From Takakia lepidozioides (lineage: Eukaryota; Plantae; Bryophyta), in contig CM060734.1 of assembly GCA_030704615.1 (NCBI GenBank), positions 14,260,001-14,324,000 of the forward strand: a stretch of DNA of 64,000 bases, in the 5' to 3' direction. The position numbers and the translations under genes were made by a program. Shown here piece by piece: positions 13,601 through 25,332 of this stretch. The notes under the pieces were generated by a model that was given only the letters and a program-made list of their open reading frames with translations, ran no database searches and was not told the DNA's origin. Each line of letters begins with the position of its first letter. Position 1 is the first letter of the stretch.

Positions 13601-15350
13601 CTAATTATTAGCTTCAAATTCATTTAAATTTTCGAATGGGTTGAGGGCTGAGCGCATCGATGGGGAGGCAAATGATTTTGTCTTCAGTTGTGACTTTGCA
13701 CATGTGCCGCACACATGTTGACGCACATGCTGTCAAAAGATAGGCTTTAACCACATCCGTTCAATGGGTGCAATAGCCATGCACAAACTGCAGGATTTCT
13801 TTTTTTCGCAATGAACAAAAATTGGATGACAGGTGAACGCCTCATTGGCCCATTGAATGAATTTTGATTGATCTCCTATTGCTCTGGGACCTGTCAGATG
13901 GTACGTTGAACATGCTGGCCAAGTCTCGAATCGAACGAAAATCATTTGGATGGGTAACCATCCGTTGGCCCATTGAACGAATTTCGTTTCATCTCATATT
14001 ACTCTGGGACCTCTTAGATGGTACATTGAACATACTGGCCAAGTCTCAAAGGGAACCAAGTTCAATAGAAATTCATTTGATGGCTGAACGGATGGTTGCC
14101 CATCGAAATGATTTTGGTTCCCTTTGAGACTTGGCCAGTATGTTCAATGTACCATCTAAGAGGTGCCAGAGTAATATGAGATGAAACGAACTTCGTTCAA
14201 TGGGCCAACGGATGGTTGGCCATCCAAATGATTTTTGTTTGCTTCGAGACTTGGCCAGCATGTTCAATGTACCATCTGACAAGTCCCAGAGCAATACAAA
14301 ATCAATTGAAATTTGTTCAATGAGCCAATGAGACGTTCACCTGTCATTCAGTTTTTGTTCATTGCGAAAAAGAAATCCTGCAATGCGTGCATGACTATTG
14401 CACCCATTGAACGGATGTGGTTAAAGCCCATCTTTTGCCAGCATGTGCTTCAACATGTGTGCGGCACATGTGCAAAGACACAACAGAAGACAAAATCATT
14501 TGCCTCCCCATCGACACGCTCAGCCCTTAACCCATTCGATTTTGAATCGAATTTAAATGAATTTGAAGCCAGTAATTAGGTCAACATTGTCTTTTCATTG
14601 GGGGTTTCTGCCACGTATCAATTTTATTCTTGGCTCAATTTTCCTCCCACCGCTACATCCCTGCCAGAATTTGGACCAATAAAAAAGGGGCCCAAGAAAA
14701 AAGTGTTGTCTTCGCTCACTATTGCAGAATTCTCTATGAAGAGTGCACGAAGTAGAACACAAATCAAGTTTGGAGTGCAAAATAGGGAAGAAACTGTGGT
14801 TCTCTGTCCAAATGAATTTTGTTTCCCTCCCGAATTCGGCACGCATGTTGCATATGGAGTCATTACACATACAGTTCAGAAACAGAATGAAAAATGAATC
14901 ATGAGCACGCGAAACGCAGTCCAACAGGTCCCAAAGTAATAGCAGATCCAACGGTATTCATTCAACGGGTGAACGGATGGTTGCCCATCCAAATCATTTT
15001 TGTTTGCTTTCAAACTTTGCCTGTATCGGGGGACCTTCTCACAGGTCCCCGACTAATACGAGATCGATGGAAATTCATTCAATGGCTGAACGGATGGTTT
15101 CCCATTGAAATGATTTTGGTTCCATTTGAGACTTGGCCAATATGTTCAATGTACCATCTAAGAGGTCCCAGAGTAACATGAGATGAAATGAAATTCGTTC
15201 AATGGGCCAACGGATGGTTGGCCATCCAAATGATTTTTGTTTGCTTCGAGACTTGGCGAGCATGTTCAACATACCATCTGACAAGTCCCAGAGCAATATG
15301 AGATCAATCAAAATTATTTTGTGCTTCGAGAACTTTATGGGTATGTTCGT
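10671..15350. repeat. Complex satellite array, right block, with ~1.6 kb higher-order repeat and a fold-back inversion at ~14060
   Basis: Long (three subunits + unique) and short (one subunit + unique) monomers alternate. The variant TCCCTTGGATCTGC recurs at 11611 and 13210. Sequence after ~14110 is the reverse complement of sequence before 14058. Confidence 0.95.
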
Positions 15351-15771
15351 CATACGTAGATAGATCATAGAATTTGCGAAATGATTATGAATTATGCAGT
15401 GACCAGGCGAAATTTGTTTGGCAGACGACCGTTCGTAACTCGTTATAACTTATTGGTTAACATCAATTTTCCTTGTTCTCCAGCCTTCGGAGTTCATTGC
15501 AGATACCCACATACACGTCATGACCAAATATGACACCATTGTAAATTTGTTTATAGGGTGAACCACTTCTTCCCCATCACACGAGTGAAAATGTGAAGAA
15601 AACGCTGCTCATGCAATTGAATTTGGCAGGTGCCGCACATGTGCATTGTGTATTAACAAAATTGGTGTATATACAAAATTGGCGGAGTGCTATCACTGTG
15701 CTTTCCATCAAAATTCAAGGTACAACAAGAATCCACATTGTCTATGTACTACGTTGCCAGTCATTAAAAGC

Positions 15772-18130
15772 TTAGTCGTCACTGTCCGAGGACAAGGGAT
15801 GTGATGTTGTGGCCTGATTTGCACTGCCAATACGGAGAGCTTGCGACCGCGATCTCGTAGTCAATGGGGGGCCCAATGGCATGTGATCAATTTTGGCCTG
15901 CATCCGCCTACTTTGCGGTGAAAATTGACTTTCTTCTTCACTCTCACGACGTAGCGGAGGTGGATCGACAGCGCGTGCTCGGGCTGCATGCAAATCGGCA
16001 ATGAGGCCATCCACATTCGGCAATAGAGCCCCCGAAACACGATGATAACGGTCTATCCATAGTCGCCTCCATTGCTCTACAACTGCCTTGATGGTATTTT
16101 TGAAACTTTCCAACTGCCTCTCGCGGGCCCTGTCCCTAATCATTGTGTCGTTTCGACGATAAGCCGCCTCGTACGCCTCATTCATTCGGCGTTGACATAT
16201 TATAGCATCTTCCAGTTCGGACAACAACAAATGTCTCCCAATCGGTTCTCGGTTATACAATTCGTTGTCCTCCGGCAGCCATGGAACCTGTGGGAGCCGG
16301 ATAAACCTGGACCTTCTCTGACTCCAATGCCCTCCCAAATTGCGGAAAAATTGCTCTCTCTCCTACCAATTGGGAATGCCTCCCGCACGTATCGTTATCT
16401 CCCAATCAGATGTGACCTAGAAATACTGGGGATCTTTAATGTATGTCGGGTTTCCGACATGTATGGCATGCATATCTCTATCTGCATCCCATATCAAGTT
16501 CTTGCCCCAATGCACACAATTCAGAAATGTAAATGGTTGCCCATCCAATGAGAGGTTGTGTCGATTGTATTCAAAATCTATGGGCATCATTTCCTCCAAG
16601 CCCACCAACTCATAGAAACGGCGATGAATTGGTGTACGACATTCTAGGCAAGCGCTCATCCGCAAGGCTTGCGGGATAAGATATGTGAGATGGAACATAT
16701 GTCCACATGATCCAAGCACATGACATCCCTCTGGGCCGTATGGATTCATGTACATCGAACAAACTGTGTCATCTGATATCCATGACGATAAAACGCGTCG
16801 TGGTATCTGCTCCCTCTGGGCCGATTTGATGTGGCTGATCATCCTTGTTCTGGTGTCCCACTCCTCCTCTATCTCCAATTCCTAGTTTATGCTTTTGTTC
16901 GACCCCGAAATTCTGTGCTCACATCGATCGAACATAGATTCCACATCTGCCCAGTTGGTATACCCGGCGAACACGCTTGATGTGTTGCGGAGATTGTTAT
17001 ACCTTTGCATGTTGGCATAAATGCTATCCACGCTACGGTTTGACATGCGTGCAACACGTTGCAAGGCTGACAGTGCCCGCTCTACCCGTGCTTCTCTGGA
17101 GGCCAAATGGGTCGCTCATTATACCCAATTCTCCCAATCGCCATTCAATGAGACCCATGTCTGAATCTCCAATATTTTGGACAACCGCCATGTAGTTGCC
17201 ATGGCAACTTCCCGCTGCCTTGTAACGCGATCGATATCATCCATGGTATCGGATTGAATGGCTACCCTCGAGCATTCCCCGGTTTCCACTACTGGATCTT
17301 TTCCTTTTCTCCTTCTCTCATCCGCAATTCGCTGTTCTTCAACCATGGTTTTATCGGCCTCAGGTCAAGGACGTCTGTAATTCCGGCAATGATGCGGTCA
17401 ATACTACGGTCGGGCATTGTAAACTCCGCGGCCATGTCCACGTCGTCCGTTCGAACCTCATTGTGGACAGTGCCTTCATTGTTTCGAGGCGTGTTTTGCA
17501 ATGCACCCTCTAACTCGGCTATGCGCAGTCTTTGCCATTCTACAAGGTCCTCCAGGGTCCCGATTCGTTGTTTTGTTTCCGCCAGTTCTTCCTCTAACGT
17601 TCCAGATATTTGTTGCACGGGTGCCTTGGGCACGCCCAGTATTGTAGCCGGGGCTGTTCCGAACGTGTCCGGGATATACTCCAAATCGTATTGCATCGTT
17701 ACGTTCCTCTTGCTAGCAGTTTGCCAATTCACTGGACGCAATAGTATGACCTCCACGTACAACATGGCTGCCAAGGTGTACGAGATTTGGCCCCCCTTTA
17801 AGAGAGGTTCACCCCACAATGTGCAATGCACCTCAGTCGCCCTATGCTGGAAATGCAAGTTCATGCAAGACTTGGACTCCGCGTAATTATTTCGGATTTG
17901 CACCACATGCTTAGGTCTAAGCCACAATCGATTGATGTGACACCATTTCACGAATTTTTTGCATCTCGCCATCGGCCACCTCAAGTCTTCCGGAACATCC
18001 TCCCAACTTTATTCTGCTAGTATGCTAGGGTCATCATATACTTCCCAATTCAAGTCATGCCTTGACCCTTTGATTTTCTTAGGGGGCGGTCCATGTTCAT
18101 CGGGGTCATCTCTTCCATGACGCACATCGT
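15772..18130 (-). pseudogene. Transposon-associated accessory gene: unknown N-terminal domain, coiled coil, RING-H2 finger; several stops and frameshifts
   Basis: Collinear minus ORFs 17984-17289, 17346-17119, 17106-16882, 16878-16417 and 16338-15772. RING-H2 pattern CSM(Y)..CGHMFHLT(Y)..CLECR has two Cys>Tyr changes. TATA-like CATATAAG on the minus strand near 18535. Confidence 0.65.
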
Positions 18131-18579
18131 CCTGGCCAATCGGAGCAACCCTAAACGACGTTTACTAATAAGTAATGGATAGTTAAACACTAATGAAGCA
18201 AACATGGAAATGGCTAAGAACTAATGGACAGGTAAACACATGGCGATCTCGAGAGATGAATTATTATTGACCCTAAACCCTTAACCCGAAACGGCTTTGA
18301 ATAATTGCCCTATAATAGTTGTTAAAAGCTAAATTTATAGAATGAAATGATCTCGGAAGCCAGAGGAGGGGCTATGGGAGCATTCTGCAATGAATTCACT
18401 GAAATCGCGGCAAAAAAACCCCCACCAGCCAATGGCCTCCTTTTTCACGTGACTACGTGTCGTGGAATAGTTAGATGCCACGCACACAAAAGTTGTGGAG
18501 AGGAAGTGAGGGGAGAATGAGCCTCCCTTGGCTTATATGCCCCCCCCCGCTCATTCCTCGTTTGGCACGCAGGGACTTT

Positions 18580-19530
18580 TTAGAAGCGACCGCCACCTTG
18601 GCGGTCGTTTTTTTTTCCCAAAAATAAATTAAAGCGACCACCAGTAATGGCAGTCGCTCTATTTAAGAAAAAAAAAAAAAAACAACCGCCATTATAGGCG
18701 GTCGCTCTATTTAAAAAGAAATAAAAATACAAGCAACCGCCGGTCGCTCTATTTAAAAAAACAAAGAACAAAAGCGATCGCCAATAATGGCGGTCGCTGT
18801 ATTTAAATAAATAATAAATAAAAACGACCGCCAGTAATGACGGTCGCTCTATTTACAAAAAACAAAAAAAACGACCGCCATTACTGGCGGTCGCTCAATT
18901 TTAAAATAAATTTAAAAAAAAATGACCGCCACTAATGGTGGTCGTTCTATTTTAAAATAAATTCAAAAAACTCGACCGTCAGTAATGGCGGTCGCTCTAT
19001 TTTAAAATAAATTCAAAAAAATTGACCGCCAGTAATGGCGGTCTCTCTATTTAAATAAATAAAAAATAAAGCGACTGCCAGTAATGGTGGTCACTCTATT
19101 TACAGAAAACCAAAAAAAAAAATCACAATTACTGACGGTCGCTCTATTTCAAAATAAATTAGGAAAAACCTTGTCCAGTAATGGCGGTCGCTCTATTAAA
19201 AAAAATTTAAAAATACAAGGGACAGCCAGTAATGGCAAATGACAGTCAAAACGACCGCCATTACTAGCGCTTGTTGCATTAATATATATATATATATATA
19301 TATACAAGCGACTGCCATTACTGGCGGTCGCTCTATCTAGAAAAATAAAAAATAATAGCGACCGCCATTACTGGCAGTCGCTCTATTTATAAATAAATAG
19401 AAACAAAAGCGACCGCCATTAACGAATTTACAAAACCAAACAAAAAAAAACGACCGCCAGTAATGGTCGATTTTTTTATAAATATAATAACATATTTATA
19501 AGTGACCGCCATATTGGCGGTCGCTCCGTT
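18580..19530. repeat. Array of ~20 full or partial GCGACCGCCA-N4-TGGCGGTCGC palindromes with A-rich spacers (~50-60 bp period)
   Basis: Read directly, e.g. 18871 ACGACCGCCATTACTGGCGGTCGC and 19358 GCGACCGCCATTACTGGCAGTCGC. A (TA)n tract lies at ~19283-19303. Confidence 0.95.
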
Positions 19531-20530
19531 TTCAACAAAAAAAACAATTCGATGTGACGGCCATGACACCTACAACCGACAACCGAGTTGGAGGCATTGT
19601 AATTTTTTGCAAAGTTGTACGCATGGGCACAATTGTTTCTCATTACAAAAGCAAAGCACCAAACACGAACGCCGACATTTTGGGTGGTATACACATGGGC
19701 AACATCTTTTATTTCCCAAGACATACACAACACCAATACAAATACTCATAGTGACAAGGAACACACAAGTATTGCTTCACTACAGAAATATAAACATGTC
19801 CAGCAAAATGTGTTGCTGGAAGCCTAAAGTTGTTTGCTTCAATTCCTTTTGCTGCTTCGACGACGGGACGAAGAAGATCATAATCTTTGATGCTCCGATG
19901 GGCTGATAATCCGAGTCCCCCTGGACTTCAGCACCATTGCCATTATCAGTGCTGGAATCGTCCTCCCTATCCGACCTCCCATGTCCAGGCCTTTATACCT
20001 GTAAGCGACCTCGAACTACATTTAGTTATCTCTGAGGTCGATTCCCACTCCGGTCTTGAATACCATCCACGGTATCTGGCCTACTTGTGGGCCGATCGCC
20101 TATAAAATGCTGGATTGTTCTCCGTCATTTATGAAGTTGGGACGCATTCAAAGGTGGTCTCGAAAGAGGTCTCGGAGAGGGCTGCGCCTGAGATGGACCG
20201 GCATATGAGGAACCACGGGTCTGCTGTGCAACACGTCGGTTAAGGTGGAATTATAGTGACAGGTTGTCATCATCCGAGGCTTCAACTTTCGTCCGGTCCA
20301 ATGCAGCAGAATGGTGCGTGCGTGTAAAAAACAGATCAACCCTGTTGCTCTTTAATGCCCACTATGCGGATGGGGAGCTGGGTCGGTTTTTGGATTGTGG
20401 TGGAGCTGGTCGTATCGGTGAGGCATGTTCCCGTCCCATCGACTGTACAATGGGTTCGGCATTATCGTTGGTATGAACAAAATTACGTACGTCGCTCGGT
20501 CGTGGTAGTTCATCACCCCTGAGCTCTATT

Positions 20531-20800
20531 CGGCCACTGCCGGTGGCTTCAGCGTGTACGGGGGGGGGGGGCGAGAGTCGACCCCGACTTCATTTTGAAG
20601 ACCATGTTTTGGGGATGACACAATTGCAGCTTCACCTTCATCTGCGATACGTACTTCGTCAAGAAGGGCCACTGTCGGTGGCTTCAGCGTGTACGGGGGA
20701 CGAGAGTCGACCCCGACTTCATTTTGAAGATCATGTTCTGGGGAGGAGAACACAATTGCAGCTTCACCTTCATCTGTGATACGTACTTCGTCAAGAAGGT
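20531..20800 (-). repeat. ~135 bp tandem duplication in the acidic tail downstream of the transposase
   Basis: LLDEVRI.DEGEAAIV..SP.H.LQNEVGVDSRPPYTLKPP appears twice in ORF 20526-20870. Confidence 0.9.
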
Positions 20801-20856
20801 AATCAAAGGTTGGGTGGATATAGGCATCGTCTTCTGTGAACGTAAATGAGTCATAC

Positions 20857-22874
20857 TCATTGATCGTCACTCATCGAATCTGCCTCAGAAGCAGAGTCTT
20901 CGGAATGCAAGTTCCTCTCGTACCATGCTGCAACATCATCCGCTGCCGTCTCACGTAACAGTCGACAATTGGTATACACATATATCAATTTGTCAGCCCT
21001 CGCGGGATTCAACCTGTTGCGAATCTTGTTGTGAACAAATGAGTAACTGCTCCAATTGCGTTCGCAAGATGAGACAGAGCATACTTGGGCAAGAATACGT
21101 TTCGCAATAGGAGCTAATGTTCTTGCTCCAGTTCCAATCAAATCCCACCATTCATGTGGCAACATGTTGAGCTCTTTCGGATCCGACATGTCCTCGAAAG
21201 GGTCGCGCGATCTGAAAAACATTGGTACTCGGATATAGCTCTCTCTGCCATGTTCAAAGGAGCCAGTCGCATGAGCACTCGTACGAGGCCGGCCTTGGCA
21301 TCAACGTCGTCTCGGAGCATGATATTGTCGAGCAAGAATGGATTGAGCAAAGCCCCCGCATAATGCAAGTCCGTTCGAACCATCGACCGACGCTCGACAT
21401 CCTCGGCATTGTCCGCAAGCTCAGGTTCTAAGGAGAAAGGAGGATGCATCAGGGATTGGACATGCTGCTCTAGATTTTGCATTAGTAACCATGTCTTGCC
21501 CATTACTGGTTGCTTTTCATCAAACTCCCGCAAGACAATTAGCACCGGCTCTACCATATAAACAAAGTTTTCACATTTCTTCCAGAAATCATCTTTGCGA
21601 ATGGTGTTGCGAACCTTTCGACTTTTGCCCAACGACTTGGCTTTTCTTGAGTCCCGCAACTTCCGTGTGTATGCCTCCCATTGAGGATCGATGACGGTGT
21701 GCTCGAGACTGTTCTTAACCGTCAACAACCGATCCACCATCAAAAAGTTAGTGACAAAACGAATTTCGCCTAGATTCCGGAGGCTGTATTTTGGTTCATG
21801 CATCCTATATATTGCCAATTGGATATGGTGTGTGTGGATGAACGACACAATGGTCTTCGCTCGCCACACAAGTTGTTTCACCCACTGTTTTTTTTCCCAA
21901 TATTCCAAAATGAGGTCAAGGATATGAGCTGCACAGCCTTGGTAGTACATATGTGGATATCGTGCCAATAACATGTCTGCAGTGTTCCTTATGTTAGCGG
22001 CATTGTCCGTGCATATTTGCACGATTCTATCACTTCCGACTTGTTTGATGAAGTCCGTCAATAGGCCACATTGATAACGTCCATATTTCTTCTCGCCGCT
22101 AGTGTCCACCGATCCCAAGAATTGTTCCCCAGCTGGACATACGAACATGATATTGAACAAAGGTCTGTTTGTAACGTAACTCCAACCATCGGCACATATA
22201 GTGCTTCCATATTTTCTGATGCACTCGCCCGTCCTATCGTTGACTTTTTGGGTAAGCTCAGTCATGACGTTTTCTAGCAATCATGTGCGGAGATTGTGAT
22301 AAGAAGGAGGCACGTACGTGGATCTGGACTCCGAGGTTGCTCAGAAACAAAAGCCGGAAGCCTTGCCACATTAAATGATATGTTGGTCTCGAAGAAAAAC
22401 TGTGCCCATTTTTTTATCCAACTGTCTTTTCGCAGACAAGTTAAGGCATTCATGCATGGATTGCTGCCGTAATCCTCTACTCCGTTGAAGTGTAGGGGTA
22501 CAAAGAGGCATTGAAGCAGGTGTTACTCCGGCACAACCCGCTTGTCCAAGGACACCTGAAGCCTCACAAGAGTCGCCTTGGGTACTAATTAGGGCAACCT
22601 GACGGGAAGATGGAGTGTTCTGCTCAGAGGTCATGTCCAGATCCAGAGACATTGGAATATTACCTCCACACTGGGCAAAGTGGTTTTTTTCCTGCATAGA
22701 TGCTTTAGGGCATGAACCCACCCCATTGCTCTTCACACCTCTATAGCCGAGGTGAACGAGCAGCCGATCATTACGATAAGAAAGCTGCAGTCCACATAGG
22801 TTGCACCCAACAGTTTCAGTGACACTGACAGTGTTCGGGATTACCGTATACCAAGGGCTCCATTCCTCCCTCAT
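20857..22874 (-). mobile_element. hAT-superfamily (DUF659-type) transposase, frameshifted
   Basis: N-terminal BED-like CNLC..RLLVHL..C; DUF659/RNase H-like motifs ICADGWS, QICTDNAAN, GCAAHILDL, (T)RF.TNFLM and HYAGALLNP; hAT dimerisation motifs EWWDLIG..LAPIAKRIL.Q.CS.SSCERNWS and RNRL..ADKLIYV. Confidence 0.9.
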
Positions 22875-23299
22875 CTTTACCCAATGTCCACTCCCCTAGG
22901 CCCTAGTGACGTAAGCAACAAAAAACAGTGACCTATCTATGAACCTGTGAATATAGAGTGCAATGCGACAGCCCAACATTTCTACACCTGTCACCAACCC
23001 AAGTGGGTCGATGCACGTTGTAGTGTTGAGCTTATACACAATATGCTGAAGATGCTTTGGTGGAAGCCACAACGACAAAAGGTGCGCACCCTCCTCTTGG
23101 GCTACACTCTCGTTCAATGGAAGAGAACATCCAAAGCAACCTCAAATGTTTGCGCCAAAAGAAGTGAGGAGTTTGGTAACCCTCCTCCCTTATATATGCT
23201 CTAGGAAGGATGAAAGTGAAATGAAAGTGAAATGAAAATATGTCCGACCAATAGCGCCCACTCGAAAAAGGCGGTACAACCATATTTGTTGTGATTTTA

Positions 23300-24122
23300 A
23301 AAATAAGCGACTGCTCATACTGCGGTTGCTATTTTTATTTTTTATAAAACACGATCAGCTTTTATTTCCTTAGATTTTCAAAAATATTGCGGTCATTTTT
23401 GTATATTTCTAAATTTCAGCGACCGCCCGTATGGCGGTTGCTATTATTTTATATTTCCAAATATAATGGGCCCGCCACTATTGCGGTCGCTTATATTCAT
23501 TATGACGTTTATTTTTTTATATTTTTAAAATGACACGACCGCAAATATGGCGGTCGCTTCATTTTTTTATATATTAAAAATAAAGTGACCACCAAGATGG
23601 TGGTCGCTTTTATTCTTAATATTTTGAAAATACAGCGACCGCCAATACGGCGGTCGTTTTTAATCTTTATATTTTTAAGTTTAAGCGACCGCCAGTGTGG
23701 CGCTCGATTTTATTTTACATATTTTTAAATTTATGTGACCGCCCAGTTTGGCGGTAGCCATTATTTTTTTTATTTTAGAATAAGTGACCGTCCGGTGTGG
23801 CGGTCGTTTTTTTTGGGTCGCTTAGCGACCGCCATATTATTGTGGTCGCTGGTTTTTTTTAATATATTTTTATATTTAAGCGACCACCAATTCTGGCGGT
23901 CGCATGTTTTTTATATATTATTGAAATTAAGCGATCGCCTTATGGCGGGTCGCTTGTTTTTTTAATATATTTTTAATATAATGCGACCGCCATTACGGAG
24001 GTCGCTTAGTCGCTGTTTTTCTTTTTTGAATTAGGGGACCACCAATGCGACCGCCAATATAATGGTCGCTCATATTTTTTATATTTTGAAATATAAAGCG
24101 ACCGCCAGATTTGGCGGTCGCT
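23300..24122. repeat. Array of ~16 GCGACCGCC-N6-GGCGGTCGC palindromes with T-rich spacers
   Basis: Same motif as 18580-19530, e.g. 24098 GCGACCGCCAGATTTGGCGGTCGC, with the opposite A/T skew. Lies upstream of a TATA-like CATATATAAG (~23190, minus). Confidence 0.95.
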
Positions 24123-24349
24123 TACATTTTGTTATTTTTCAAAATGTATTTGCCAGCGCCACCGTGTCGGCGACGTGGCTGCTTAAGTGACAATAATTTA
24201 ACTGATACTTTTTTTACTGGAATATTCCCGGAACCTGATGTGATGGAGATCCCGTCAGCGTCAGGTCTGACGTAACGTGACGCTGACTGACGGACGTGAC
24301 GCTGATAACCGGGATGGTATGGAAAGACCATGTGCGCAATTGTACGTCA

Positions 24350-24778
24350 TGTCACCTTCCACAATTTTGTTGGCATTGGTTCCATGTGCCAAGTGAGATG
24401 GCAAATCTCACTTGGGATGTGGAGAGGCTTATCTCCACGTGAGGCTTAGGAAGGCTCGTCTTTTTCTAGTCGAGCCTCCCGAGGCCTCTCTCACCGCCAT
24501 AGCTCTAGTTCTTGAGTGGTAGCGTGTGTGAAGTCTCTATGGTGGATTCCTTCAGCAAATGTGCCATTGCTTATTGCGTGATAGAGTGGGTTACACTTGG
24601 AAGAGTTGGGTTTGTTTCTCAGCATGTGGTGGTTTCATGTTTGAAGGTTTTCCATTGCATTCCGCTTCTGTCATTTCTTACTTCCTTTATCATTGTGGTA
24701 TAGCTTTCTAGGCTTGTATGCTAGGAAGGGTAGTTGGTTAGCGATGTATGTTGTGGCACAATGCTTAGGTGCACGACA
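24350..24778 (+). mobile_element. Solo LTR related to the gypsy LTR at 45005-45508
   Basis: Begins TGTCA and ends GCACGACA like 45005-45508. Shares AGGCTC.TCTTT.TC.AGT.GAGCCTC, GTGGATTCC, CTTTATCATTGTG and AGCGATGTA. No clear TSD. Confidence 0.65.
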
Positions 24779-25332
24779 AAAAAGATTGGTTTTGGTGGCA
24801 TGAAATGTGGTTGGATCAGTTTTGGGATCAAATCCATGAGTGTTGGACAAGGAATTTTTTTGCTTATTCTCCAATAGCGGTTAGTTTTGCAGATCATGAA
24901 TGTCCGTTTTCAATCCGTCCAATGACACATTTCGTAGTCACTGAGGACATTTTGATCAGCGTAGTCAGATACTTAAAGCTCAATAAATAGTAATACTAAT
25001 TGATGAATAGTGTAACTGAATAACATGGTCCATGTTACTGTGCATCTTAATCAATAAAGTGAAAAATGATGCACAGATTTTGGGCACCATGCGCTCCAGA
25101 TTTAGTCCATTTGCTATTCACAATAGTAGTCCCTATGGGTCCATTCAAGGATTACTCTGTGTTTTTGTGTTGGACATTCACCAATATTACACGTTACTTT
25201 CAGATATTTGTTTTTTTTTCAATAAATTTTATTTTCTTGTGCCCACATCAGAAAAATATATATGACGACATAATTGTCTGCATTTCTTAAAAGAGCCATT
25301 ATAGGTTTGTCTACCTTATCATACGTGCTCTT

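Noticed and set aside
4383-15368. Dozens of similar 60-190 aa ORFs suggesting a gene family
   Set aside because: They are translations of the satellite on both strands and in several frames, with no conserved frame.
18580-24122. CRISPR-like look of the palindromic repeat arrays (also 56030-56930)
   Set aside because: Spacers are low-complexity A/T tracts rather than unique sequence, repeats are degenerate, there are no cas genes, and the context is eukaryotic transposon DNA.
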